64,000 nt of DNA from Octopus vulgaris (Eukaryota). The DNA is taken from NCBI GenBank assembly GCA_951406725.2, contig OX597816.1:8928001-8992000 (forward strand). The letters are read 5' to 3'. This document shows positions 40,627 through 53,100 of the stretch, in pieces. The first letter of the stretch is position 1. Each line of letters starts with the position of its first letter. The notes under the pieces are model-generated. The model was not told where the DNA came from and searched no databases. It saw only the letters and a program-made list of their open reading frames with translations. Both the position numbers and the translations under genes were made by a program.

Positions 40627-40712
40627 GTCTGGGGAGAGTCATTTTGTTTTAATGCCTTATTAATTAACACACTCACTGGTTTGATTTCCTCTCATTTACT
40701 TATTTATTTTTT

Positions 40713-40749
40713 CTACAATTTTCATTGCATCTTGCAACCTTTTCAGTAG
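40713..40749 (-). ncRNA. Degenerate hammerhead-like motif (CUGAAAA core)
   Basis: CUA-CUGAAAA-G-GUUGC/GCAAU stem-GAAA-AUUG-UAG; 3:8 pair mismatched and G at the cleavage position. Confidence 0.35.
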
Positions 40750-43076
40750 TCGTTGACTCTGTCCATTATCAGAGCTGTGTTCTTTTTGTTTGTTTGTTTA
40801 TGTGCATGTGAGTGTGTCAGAGTGCATATGTATACACATATGTATATATATATATATATGCCAGCACCGCCTCCACTGGCTTCCGTGTCGGTGGCACATA
40901 AAAAGCACCATCCGAATCGTGGCCGAAGCCAGTGCCGCCTCGACTGGCTTCCGTGCAGGTGGCACGTAAAATGCACCAATCCGACCGTGGCCGATGCCAG
41001 CCTCGCCTGGCACCAGTGCAGGTGGCACGTAAAAAGCACCCACTACACTCACGGAGTGGTTGGCGTTAGGAGGGGTATCCAGCTGTAGAAACATTGCCAG
41101 ATAAGACCGGAGCCTGGTGCAGCCTTCAGGCTTCTCAGATCCCCGGTCGAACCGTCCAACCCATGCTAGCATGGAGAACGGACGTTAAACGATGATGATG
41201 ATGTATGTGCATGTGTGTGTATGCACATATATATGTATGCATGTTTGTATGTTTCTATGTATATATTCTGCATATTCATGTGTTTGTGAGTTCATGTTTG
41301 CGTGCGCACGCGTATGTGTGTGTGTATGTTTGAGTGTATCTATGTGTATGGGGTTGTGTGACTATGTATGAGCATCTGTTATGTATGAATGTGTCTCCAT
41401 ATGTATCGTTGTCTGTATATGGTCATGTGTTTCATTCTTCATTTGTGTATGTATGTGTGTGTGTGCTTGTCTGTCCGTATTACCTATGTACCTATCTGTC
41501 TATTCATCTATCTGTTTACTTACATTTACCTATACATACACACACATCTACATAACAGCCTACTAACAACTCTACTTACCAACAGTTTATATAAACTGTG
41601 GGTATTGGGGTATGACTACCTTCTACACATATATCCTATTTAGTAATGGAGATGTTTCATTTATGAGGATGTACTCCTGTACTAGTCTGAGTGTTGGGTC
41701 CTTCGGGTCATGGGGAAATATTATTTTGTCTGGAAACAGTTGAGAGTTGGCAACAGAAAGTAAAAGACACTTGGTCAAGGTGCCTCAAAGTGGAACAGAA
41801 TCCAAAATCATGTGATTGGGAAGCAAATTTAAGACAAGAGGCTACTCAATTGGCATCAATTTGTAACAATTTTATGTTTCTGGAGGATGTGATTGGATGT
41901 GACAAGATTTTCATAAAATAATTTATTGTAATAGGCACAGGCATAGCTGTGTGGTAAGACACTTGCTTCCCAACCACATGGCTCCATGTTCAAGTCCCAC
42001 TGTGTGGTACCTTGGCTTCAGGCAGACCAAAGTCTTGTGAGTGGATTTGGTTGTTGGAAATTAAAAGTCACAGGATTATTCATTTTTGCCAGCTGAGTGG
42101 ACTGGAGCAACATGAAATGAAGTATTTTGCTCAAGAACACAATGCATTGCCCAGTCCAGGAATCGAAACCACAACCTTACGATCATGAGTTCAACACCCT
42201 AACCACTAAGCCACATGCCTCCACTATATGCCATGGAGACCTGGCAAAAGGTTTTATGCATCTTTAGTTCAAGAAGAGTATAACAATGCTATGTGGCAAT
42301 GAAAATGAGAGGAAGAAAGATATTACGAATTGGTTGAAATGGCCGTCTATTTTCATTGTTACAGTCTAAGATACGTTTTCAAGTTGTACAATTATTATTC
42401 ACAGCATTCTGTGGGTAGTTAAATTTGCTTTTTGTTGACTGCTAGAAGACAGACAAGAAAAGAGAGAGAGGGAGAGAGAGAGAGAGAGAGTCTAGACAAG
42501 TAGAGAGGATAAGAGCTGTACTAAGTGTTTCCTCTGTCGGTGCCAAAAGAAAAAAGGAAGAACCAAATTTGGGTTTGGAAAGCTGGATGTGGGTCAGAAA
42601 ATAATGGAAAGTAATGAATTTATCTCCCTTGAACTCTATTTAACCCAAGGAACAATAGAGCTTAACTAAAGGTGAAAGTTGACTCTCGTAAATTTCGTAA
42701 AGTGCACGAACAATGGGAAAAGAACTTGTAGAAAAATGTAGATTCAATTTTGAATCTTTGCTTAGTATCTAGGAAGCTATTCGTTTCAAGAGAGATCATT
42801 TAAGCCAGGTCTCCAGTTTGAGTATATCCTCCTCCCTTTCACAAGTCTCAGAATCTTTGTAAAAGTCATGGACTCTGCCTTCCTTCTTGACCAAAAGAGG
42901 AACTCAGTGTTCCATTTATTCCTGTTATATCGAATTGGCTCCAAAGAGGGGGATTTTGTGGATTTAATTTATTAACATTCCAACTCTTGTAGTGATGGCA
43001 TGGCAAAGTCCATTAAGAAGTAATTTATTTTAAAATCAAGAAATTAAAATTTTTCTGGATACAATTAAGGAAAGTT

Positions 43077-43302
43077 GGTACTACTTAGGAAGAGTGGTCC
43101 CGGTGCGCGCACTCGCGCAAGCTAGTCGTGACTAGTCGATCCTTACTTTGTTTTAAAAAAATTATTTACTTTGTGTAAAAAAATTATTTATTTTGTGTTT
43201 TATTTACTTTGCTAGGAGAGTCGTTGTAGGATCGACTAGTCACGACTAGCTAGCGCGAGTACGCGACTGCGCGCACCGGGACCACTCTTCTTAAGTAGTA
43301 CC
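43077..43302. mobile_element. MITE with about 65-bp TIRs, GG..CC ends and 9-bp TSD (Merlin-like)
   Basis: TIR GGTACTACTTAGGAAGAGTGGTCCCGGTGCGCGCA; TSD AGGAAAGTT at 43068-43076 and 43303-43311. Confidence 0.88.
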
Positions 43303-43794
43303 AGGAAAGTTATGACCATAGAAGGTGTTTTAATTTTTCAAAACTTCAGACATTGATTCTTTAGAGAGTTTATTAAAAAATGTCCGCCTCCTCGACAGAA
43401 AAAAACAGCGCAGCATCCGTGGCTTTCAGAAATATTCTTTTCCCGCTCAGAACTGTCGAAGTATGGAAGTAAACTACTTTCGTCAGCTGAAAGCTACAAG
43501 AACGATTGCATCTTCCCCAAAATTCGCTGACACAACTTCTGACTCGCCGATGCACCATTTCTTGTTTACGACTCTTTTACTGTTTAACTTTCCTGACATT
43601 TTGTCTTTTATCCTGTAAACTGAGCACGCACTTCAAGCTTTCGTTGCTGTCTTTCTTTATTTGACTTATTATATGTCTCCTTTCTGTTCACTCTATTGTC
43701 GAGACGTAGTGCACATGAACCCATTATCTCACAAAATCATGTTTCTTGACAATTTCAACCCCGTTGTATGTAGAATACTGGTGTCATGACAATA

Positions 43795-44250
43795 ATTTCC
43801 TTCTTCGGGACAACATAAATAAATAAGTACATAAATAAACAAATAAGTAAACAAACAAATAAGTAAACAAACAAATAAGTAAATAAATAAACAAACAAAT
43901 AAGTAAACAAACAAATAAGTAAATAAACAAACAAATAAGTCAATAAATAAATAAGTCAATAAATAAATAAGTAAGTAAATAGGCGTAACTTCGGTATAGG
44001 TACCGGAAGTACAGGATACATTTCAAGAAAGTGTTTCTTTTATATATGAGTGGGGGGGGTTAGAATTAAGGGTGGGAGAAAAGGGTTTCTTCTATTTTCA
44101 GGAATGTAAATAAAGTCACGTGTGTACCTATACCGAAGGATCGCCAGTAAATAAATAAACGAGTAAAATAAACAAACAAACAAATAAATAAATAAATAAG
44201 TAAATAAAGAAATAAAGAAATAGATAAAGAAAGAAATAGAGAAAGAAAGA
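43795..44250. repeat. (TAAA/CAAA/GTAA)n tetranucleotide array split by a MITE
   Basis: Direct inspection. Confidence 0.9.
43982..44145. mobile_element. MITE with GGCG..CGCC ends and 8-bp TSD
   Basis: TIR core CTTCGGTATAGGTAC (43989-44003 / 44124-44138); TSD AGTAAATA (in low-complexity sequence). Confidence 0.7.
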
Positions 44251-44333
44251 AGCGAGTTTAAGATCTCCTTTTTGAGAAGAAGTAATAAAGGCGAGTGAAG
44301 CCAATTAGAGTAATCCCCCTTGTCTCGTCAATC

Positions 44334-44360
44334 ATGGCGCATCAGTGGAGTTATGGACAA
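44334..44360 (+). CDS. Candidate first coding exon of a divergent plus-strand gene: MAHQWSYGQ (reminiscent of the alpha-carbonic anhydrase W-x-Y-G N-terminus, unconfirmed)
   Basis: AATCATGGCG start context, CAA|GTAAGT consensus donor, CCAAT at 44301, in a CpG-richer zone. No downstream carbonic anhydrase exons were recognised in the window. Confidence 0.5.
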
Positions 44361-44534
44361 GTAAGTTGAATTTTTGTTTTGACTCATCGGAGGCTTTTGC
44401 GGTGTCCGATTTGAGTCAGAAAGAAAAAACACTAACGAAAGCAAAAAACAAATCATTTACTGTTAAAATGGTACCCGTCTTAAAATACCACCCCCCCGTT
44501 TTCCAAAAATTTCTGATATTTCTCACCTGTGAAC

Positions 44535-44886
44535 GACACGGAAATCCCTTTTTTTTATAATTATAATTATTATTTATTAATCGACCCCCTTTTTTTTTTG
44601 TCCCTTTCCTTTTCCTTTTCCTCGTCCTAAAAATTTCATTTATTTTGGCAAATATTTCGATTTAAGTATTTCTGTCTCTGATGAAATCTTTGAAAGAATG
44701 TAACGGACATTCTCTGGAACGACACGGAAATCCCTTTTATAATTATTATTATTAATCGACCCCCTTTTTTTTTTTATCCCTTCCTTCCTCATCCTGAAAA
44801 TTTATTTATTTTGGCAAATATTTCGATTTAAATATTTCTGTCTCTGATGAAATCTTTGAAAGAATGCAAACGGACATTCTCTGGAA
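44535..44886. repeat. Tandem duplication of about 170-185 bp
   Basis: GAACGACACGGAAATCCC..ACGGACATTCTCTGGAA occurs twice. Confidence 0.9.
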
Positions 44887-45842
44887 GACTTTTTAATTTC
44901 ACAGAAAAATTCTTTCGTTTCGCCTCTTTCTTTAAATACTCAGAAAAAAAAAAATTTCTTTAATAATCTCGAAATATTTCCTTTTTTAACGAAGGATTGC
45001 TTTTAAAAACAAAAGAAATACTAATAATATTCATGGTCTGAAATACGTCAAGGAATCTAATTTTCCTCTTTGTTTCAAAATTAACGAAATGATTTTTTTT
45101 TTTTAGGTAATTAATGAAATTTTATTTGGAGAATTTGTATTGTTTCTTTTTTATCTTTTGTATGTTTAAAATCAAAGAAGGGGCTGGATCCCAATTTATT
45201 TTAAGAAACCGACGTCGTCGTAATTTCGAAATAAAACATGTCATCAGCAAAATTATCATAAAACTGGGGATGACAAGGCAAATATATTTCAATTACTTTG
45301 CGTCACGAACGAAGCAGCCATTAACAAAAAGAAAAAAAAAAAAACCGTTCCTTTTTCTCTCTTTTATTTTACTCCAAGAAAAAAAATCGCGAATCTAAAA
45401 ACGGTCAGCAAGAAGCAATAAATCGAAATAAAGACCTAAAAAAATCCTTCACCATTCAGTGTTTCTTTTGTTTTTTGTTGCATTTCCAACTCATGTTATT
45501 TTCTCTGCTATAAAAATGACCCGAAATGACAACCATTTTGTGGAAATGATTGGTTTTTTCCCCCCTTTCTTTTTATTTTTAAACAGATACCAATGTCTTT
45601 TCGAACGTTCGCAAAACTGTAACACACGATTTTTCTTTATTTAGTGCACAAACACTAGCTTCCGCTTTCTTCTTACATCGCTTACTACAATTTCGTACAG
45701 ACTTCGCAACTAAGCGCTATTTTAAGTACCGTTAAAGTGTCAGGTGTTTTGTTTATATATATATATATTTTTTAATATATATATAATTTCTTTTTTTCCT
45801 CTCAGAATGGCTTTCTTCAAATTAATAAATTTACAGACGACT

Positions 45843-46111
45843 GGCGATCTTTTCGTCTCTAGTAGACCTTTCCGTCGATTTCCGTAAAAAAAAAATATTT
45901 TTAAAATTTTTACATATGGGCTTGCGGGAACTTTCGAAGTAATGAGAGCGAAAGAGACTAAGAGAAAGCGATTTTATGACGAGGGAAGTTCTTTTGAAGT
46001 TACCGTGCATGTGAAGCATTGATGTACATGTGTGTGTGTTTGATGGGGTGTGGGAGACAGACAGTATGTTGTGTAATCGACGGAAAGGTCTACTAGAGAC
46101 GAAAGATCGCC
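45843..46111. mobile_element. MITE with about 38-bp TIRs beginning GGCGATC
   Basis: GGCGATCTTTTCGTCTCTAGTAGACCTTTCCGTCGATT and its inverse; flanked by a direct repeat of about 55 bp. Confidence 0.8.
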
Positions 46112-46230
46112 AATTTCTTTTTTCCCTCTCAGAATGGCTCTCTTCAAATTAATAAATTTACGACTTGCTAGAAATTTAGGCGATCTTTGATTTTTAAGTT
46201 CAGCTATATATATATATATATATACATACA

Positions 46231-46275
<45 letters not shown>

Positions 46276-46473
46276 AAAGATCGCTTAAATTTGTGTTTAA
46301 CAGCTGGATGTCAGTTTTATTGTTAATTAAAATCTAGGATTTTGATTAGCTACTAGATTTAAATGACCTTATTTCAACACGTCAGTTTAAAATGCATAAA
46401 CCATTATTTTGTTCGAACTGTCTAAGATTCTTCCAACGTTTCTTCTGTATCAGTTTGTTTAAAGTCTATACAC

Positions 46474-46669
46474 CCGCGTTTCTCATCCGCAGCTCGCAGG
46501 GCCGCATGCATCCCTCGACGATCTATAAATATAATAAATTTTTATTCAATTGACTCGTGCTTCACTTAAAAAAAAAATTTTTTTTTTGGTGCGGCCCCCT
46601 ACAAAAAAATCGCCAAAAAATCCAGGTTTTGGATTTGGTCCGGATATTAAACAGGCTGAGAGCCCACAG
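46474..46669. mobile_element. Decayed hAT (Charlie/Buster-type) MITE
   Basis: 8-bp TSD CTATACAC (46466-46473, 46670-46677); ends resemble CAGCGTTTCTCAACC; internal GCGGCCC motifs. Confidence 0.65.
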
Positions 46670-46767
46670 CTATACACGGTTCGTCACTACAAACCGAAAG
46701 TAACTTTTCTGTAGTATTTTTGTTCTCTGTCATACCTCCCGTCATTCACCTCATTTCTTTGTTTCAG

Positions 46768-46870
46768 CTTAAAACTACCGCAGTTCCTGCCGCGCCTTTC
46801 TTTCTGTGCTTTTTTATCTTTAATTATAATCTTCATGTACTTGTTATTGAACCAGAAGAGATAAGATTAG
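46768..46870 (+). other. Candidate internal exon of the plus-strand transcript
   Basis: Strong acceptor CTCATTTCTTTGTTTCAG and donor TAG|GTAACT; open in phase 0 (LKTTAVPAAPFFLCFF...), no recognisable domain. Confidence 0.25.
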
Positions 46871-47081
46871 GTAACTGACTTGTTAGTGATAGTTGACAGT
46901 CTTGAACCGACAAGGGAATCAGTGACACCACTCGGGGCAATCCTTGACTACCCTACCCCTGGTTTATACAAGTGCCTCCACTCCTTGCAAGCATCGTTCC
47001 TGGCGGATCGACCCTCGACCTCCTCTCACTATGTTCCGTCGAAGGAGTCATTAAGTGGTGGCTTCACTTGCTAGACATAGC

Positions 47082-47141
47082 AATTATATCTCCCTCAAAT
47101 CATACTCTAACGTTAGAGTATGATTTGAGGGAGATATAATT
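47082..47141. repeat. Perfect 60-bp palindrome with no spacer
   Basis: AATTATATCTCCCTCAAATCATACTCTAAC|GTTAGAGTATGATTTGAGGGAGATATAATT. Confidence 0.97.
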
Positions 47142-50100
47142 TCTGGACCAGGGTTTTTTTCGTGGGGTCAACCAAAAAAGTAAAACGAAAAGAAATTAAA
47201 GAAAATTTATATTTATAAAGAGAAGACCTTTGAGGGCCGCATGAGGCCCTAGGAGCTGTGTCTGAGAACTGCTGCTCTGACGTCTTAGGAAAAGACACTG
47301 GATAATTTTGTCTTTGATGTATTATGAATGAAAATAAGTCAGGGTGGTCATGACTGGAATGCTTTTAATGGAGGCTTGCCTCACTCCAAGATGAGCTAGG
47401 ACTAATAAGCAATGAGTGGGAAGAGTGTGAAGGGAAATGATTTATTCTTGGAAGCATTGAGTTTTGGAAAATGTGTGGAACTGATTTGTCAACCAGGCCG
47501 ATTATTGGCACTCTGTATATTATGGTTTAAGGCAGTTGGGAAGTTTGACCTGAAAATTTGCAAAAAATATTTTGCCAAAGTCTTTAATATTGAATTCCAA
47601 CTCTCAGTTCCTCCATTGATTGCTTATGTTTTGTGATTTTTAACCATAGATTCATAATTTTTATTGCTCTAATGCCCAGCTTTGCATTTATACACACTGT
47701 TGTGTTCAGCTCTTTTAAATGTTAATATTTTCATGCTACGAAGACAGCGAGCTGGCAGACTCATTAGCGTGCTGGGTAAAATGCTTAGCAGCATTTCTTC
47801 TGTCTTTATTTCCTGAGTTCATATTCTGCTGAGGTCAACTTTGCCTTTCATGCTTTCAAGGTTAATAAAATAGACCCAAGTTAAGCACTGGGGTTGTCCC
47901 CTTCTCTGAAATCAATGGCCTCGTGCCAAAATTTTAAATCATTATTTTCACTTTGGTAAGACACTTTACCCTCTTGTTTTTGTTCCATTCATATTTTAAA
48001 GACTCTAAATTTTAGTACAAGTAGAAAGATATATTTTTCAAGGCATAAGTGCTGATGGAACAGCAGTATCATCATCATTTAACGTTCGTTTTCCATGCTA
48101 ACATGGGTTGGACGGTTTGACTGGGGTCTGGGAAGCCAGGAGGCTGCACCAGGCTCCAGTCTGATCTGGCAGTGTTTCTACAGCTGGATGCCCTTCCTAA
48201 CGCCAACCACTCTGTGAGTGTAGTGGGTGCTTTTTACGTGCCACTGGCACAGAAGCCAGTCAAGGTGGTGCTGGCATCGACCACGTACGGATGGTGCTTT
48301 CTACATGCCACTGGCACAGGTGCCAGGGGTGGCTGGCAACAGCCACGATCGGTTGGTGGTTTTTATGTGCCAATCCTTACAGAGCAGAAAAATCTGGTTG
48401 CTCTTAAATATGCTGTTCTACCAGTACTTAAGCTTTGAAAAATATATCTTTCTACTTGTACTACGATACATTTCAGCACTTCAAAAGCAAACTTAAGTTT
48501 GTTTACATATGACATAATTACTATAAATTTTGTAAATTTTGTTTAGTATTTTCATCTTCCTTGTTTTCCAATTGGAGTAACCATATATCTTTCTGCAGCT
48601 ACACACCTGATCCTGTCTCTCTGTCATACTTTTTAACCTCTCATCATCAAGCAGAAAGCCATCTTCCTCAATACTATATGCATTGGCTCAGTTGAAGGAT
48701 CTTGTGTTACAAACTACTTGGTGACTCCACGACTGCCAGTGTCATGTAAAAAGCACCCAGTGTACTCGGTAAAAGTGATGTCAAGAATGACATCCAACTG
48801 GAGAAACCACACCAAAGCAGACATTGGGGTTCAAGTTAGTCTTCTGGCTTGCTTGCTGCTATTGAGTTGTTTGTCCCATGCCAGTATTTATGATCGTCAT
48901 TTGATCACATGCTTGCTTGATTAGGGCTACACGGTAGTTGAGGATGTAATTTGGACATTGTAAATCCAATATTAATAATATGTCTAATCTTCAACAGAGA
49001 AGAGAGAGAGCTAAAGAAAGAGCATGGCTGTGTGACTAGGAAGTTCATTTGTTGACCGTGCAGTATCAGGTTCAATACACCACATTGCACAGCAGCTTGG
49101 CTAAATGTCTTCTATAACCTTAGGTTGACCAATGCCTGTAAGTAAATTTGGCAGATGGAGACTGGATATAGGTTGTGTGTGTGTTTGTATATATGTATGT
49201 ATGTATGTATATATATATATATATTATAATAATAATATTAGGGAGTAAATTTTAACTTTAAATTTAAATAATTTAAATTTTATATTTTATATATTAATTT
49301 TATTTCTATGTTTTGGTTTATGTTTTTCATTGTTTGATTTGCCTAATAGTGGTTTTATCTCTAATTTAATATATATATATATATATATATATATGTGAGA
49401 CCTATTGAGTCAAGTACATCAACATAAATAAATCTGTGGAAATTGTAGTTGTGATCCCTGTGCCGGTGGCACGTAAAAAGCACCATCTGAATGTGGCCGA
49501 TGCCAGTGCTGTCTTGACTGGCTTCAGTGCCGGTGGCACGTAACAAGCACCAACCGATTGTGGCCGTTGCCAGCCTTGCCTGGCACCTGTGCTGGTGGCA
49601 TGTAAAAAGCACCCACTACACTCACGGAGTGGTTGGCGTTAGGAAGGGCATCCAGCTGTAGAAACATTGCCAGATCAGACTGGAGCCTGATGCAGACCCC
49701 GGTTGAACTGTCCAACCCATGCTAGCATGGAAATTGGACGTTAAACGGTGATGATGATGATAGATAGATTTTATTAATTAATTAATAGATAAGTGGCCAG
49801 CAAACATTAAAGCCAATAAAAGGGCAAATCCATAAATTTTATGATTAATAATTATAATTGAGGGTCTGTGAAGCCCCAGCATTACTGTAACAAGCCATGA
49901 TTTCACTGAAAGCAGAATAGGTCGAGGGAAATGGAAGGTTGAGCAAATAAGTTAACATTGCAGCTGATAGTCACAGATGAGAACTAAGAGAATCGTCTCA
50001 AAGTTCAAAATCGTATGAGACAGGGATAGCTGTGACCTCGTTTGTGACTATCAGCCATGATGGTAAGTTAATTTCTTTGCTTGTCCCTCAATTTTCCTCA

Positions 50101-53100
50101 ACCTGTTGTGCTTTCAGTGAAATCGTGGCTTATTAGGGTATTTTTCTACCCTTCTTTATAGCAATGCTGGTACCTCATGTACCCTCAATTATAATTATTA
50201 ATTAATTATAAAATTTATCTATACAGGAGTGGCTGTGTGGTAAGTAGCTGCTTGCTAACCAACCACATGGTTCCGGGTTCAGTCCCACTGCGTGGCACCT
50301 TGGGTAAGTGTCTTCTACTATAGCCTCGGGCCGACCAAAGCCTTGTGAGTGGATTTGGTAGACGGAAACTGAAAGAAGCCCATCGTATATATGTATATAT
50401 ATCTATGTGTGTGTGTATTTGTTCCCCTAGCATTGCTTGACAACTGATGCTGATGTGTTTATGTCTCTGTAACTTGGCGGTTCGGCAAAAGAGACCGATA
50501 GAATAAGTACTGGGCTTACAAAAGAATAAGTCCCGGGTTCGAGTTGCTCGGTTAAAGGCGGTGCCCCAGCAATACCGCAGTCAAATGACTGAAACAAGTA
50601 AAAGAAAAGAGTATATATATATATATATTTTAAATTCCAGGAGTCAGAAAAGACCGGCACTCGTATATCTGTTAACAGAATGGGCGTATTATTAATGAAA
50701 TATAATATTTACTAATTGGTAAAGTGGTTGATATCATCATCATCATCATCGTTTAACGTCCGCTTTCCATGCTAGCATGGGTTGGACGGTTCAACTGGGG
50801 TCTGGGGAGCCCGAAGGCTGCACCAGGCCAGTCAGATCTGGCAGTGTTTCTACAGCTGGATGCCCTTCCTAACGCCAACCACTCCGAGAGTGGAAATATT
50901 GTATTTTATTAATAAGAATAATGATTTCAAATTTTGGCACAAAACCAGTAATTTCTGGGGAGTTGGGTTAGTTGATTAGATTGGCTCCCAGTGTTCAACT
51001 GTTACTTATTTTATCAACCCCGAAAGGATGAAAGGCAAAGTCAACCTTGGTGGAATTTGAACTCGGAACATGAAGATGGATGAAATGCTGCTAAACATCT
51101 TGTTTGATGTGCTAATGATTTTATATATATACACGGAGTGGTTGGCGTTAGGAAGGGCATCCAGCTGTAGAAACTCTGCCTGATCAAGATTGGAGCCTGG
51201 CACAGCCATCTGGTTTGCCAGTCCTCAGTCAAATTGTCCAACCCATGCTAGCATGGGAAACGGACATTAAACGATGATGATGATGATGATTATATATATC
51301 ATCATCATCATCGTTTAACATCCGTTCTCCATGCCAGCATGAGTTGGATGGTTCGACCGGGGATCTGGGAAGCCAGAAGGCTGCACCAGGCTCCGGTCTT
51401 ATCTGGCAATGTCTCTACAGCTGGATGCCCTTCCTAACGCCAACCACTCCGTGAGTGTAGTGGGTGCTTTTTACGTGCCACCTGCACTGGTGCCAGGCGA
51501 GGCTGGCATCGGCCACGGTCGGATTGGTGCATTTTACGTGCCACCGGCACGGAAGCCAGTCGAGACGGCACTGGCTTTGGCCACGATTCGGATGGTGTTT
51601 TTTACGTGCCACCGACACGTATATATATATATAAAATGTATCTGTGTGTATATGTCCCTGTGAATGTTTATATTCTGTATTTTTGCATAAAAATCACTTT
51701 CTTTAAAAGCAGTTATGGGTTAGTGACAGGAAAGGTACCAAGCTATAAAGCAATACTTTAATAATACTTGTCTAACTTGTACTAACTTGGAAGAACTGAC
51801 ATAACAAATGAACTATTGATTTCTGTTATTTATATTTGGTCGCTTCATTACAGAATTTGGAATGATCTCGTCAGGACCTCTTTACTAAAGTAGCACAATT
51901 TGTAGAGTTGCTATAATGAAATAGTCGTTAAATATGTAAAGACAAATTTAATGTCTGTGTTTGATGCTGGCATGGGTTGGATGGTTTGATTGGAACCAAC
52001 TCACCTGAGGGCTGTGTTGGTGTCTCATGTCTGCTTTGGTAAGGTTTCCATGGCTGGATGGCCTTCCTAATGGTCAACTACTTTCGGAGTGTACTGGGTG
52101 GTGACTTTTTTTTTTTTTTGGTGTCACCAGCACTAGGGGGATCACCAAGTAACTTGTAAGACAAGATTCATTCCCAGCTTGCTGGTACAATTTTGAGAGG
52201 GTGTGTCTTTGCAACCAGGTGTAGAAAGTGTAAATAGGAAAGAAGTACAGGAACAAGTATCTTGCTGAGAAGGAGATACACAAGTGCCCCAGCAAGAAAA
52301 GGAGAAAGAATGAAATATAATATTTGCCAATTGGTAAAGTGGTTGATATGGGAATATTGTATTGTATTAATAAGAATAGAGATTTCAAATTTTGGCACAA
52401 AACCAGTAATTTCTGGGGAGTTGGGTAAGTTGATTAGATTGGCTCCCAGTGTTCAACTGTTACTTATTTTAACAACCCCGAAAGGATGAAAGGCAAAGCC
52501 AACCATGTCAGAATTTGAACTCAGGGTGTGCCCAAAAGATACAGGAATGCGGGTCGAGAGGATAAGGGCAGAGAATTGAGGATGGCTGGCTGGGGGATGG
52601 GGTGAAGTGTGGGGGAGATGGAAGATGATAGAGGTGGATATAGTGAGTTAGAAGGGCTACTTTGTAGTTTCTGTCTAAAAACCTTACTGAGGGAACTTTT
52701 GTCAGTATAGTAGAGATATGTTCTCAGGGTTCCACATGGCGACTGAACTGGAAACCCTGAGGTTGGGAAGCAAGCTGCTTAACCCCACAGCCATGCCTGC
52801 AGCAATCGAGTAATCTATTTCTTTATTGTTAGATTCTGAGAATTCTGGTGTTTATTTTGAGAATGTGGTATTTCAGTTTCTGTTAGCCAATGCCAGTACC
52901 CCATGACTGGCTCCTGTGCCGGTAGCATGTAAAAAGAACCATCCAAACGTGATCGATGCCAGGCCCGCATGACTGGCTTCTGTGCCAGTGGCACATAAAA
53001 AGCACCATCCAGATGTGATCAATTCCAGGCCTGCATGACTGGCCCCTGTGCTGGTGGCACGTAAAAAGCACTCACTACACTCTGAGTGGTTAGTGTTAGG

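Larger units (their letters stand above)
43330..46800. promoter_or_regulatory. CpG-richer, SINE-free zone, probable (bidirectional) promoter/first-exon region
   Basis: Visibly more CpG than the flanks, no copies of the otherwise ubiquitous SINEs; ETS-type ACCGGAAGT (44002-44010), E-box GTCACGTG (about 44115), CCAAT (44301); lies between the minus-strand lectin 5' end and the plus-strand first exon. Confidence 0.55.

Noticed and set aside
43373-43730. Short ORFs on either strand in the CpG-rich zone
   Set aside because: All are under about 61 aa with no homology or splice support; more likely UTR or promoter sequence.
44678-44710. CUGAUGA..GAAA as a hammerhead or C/D snoRNA (both tandem copies)
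   Set aside because: Stem II is only 2 bp, helix III does not pair, and there is no terminal box D CUGA.
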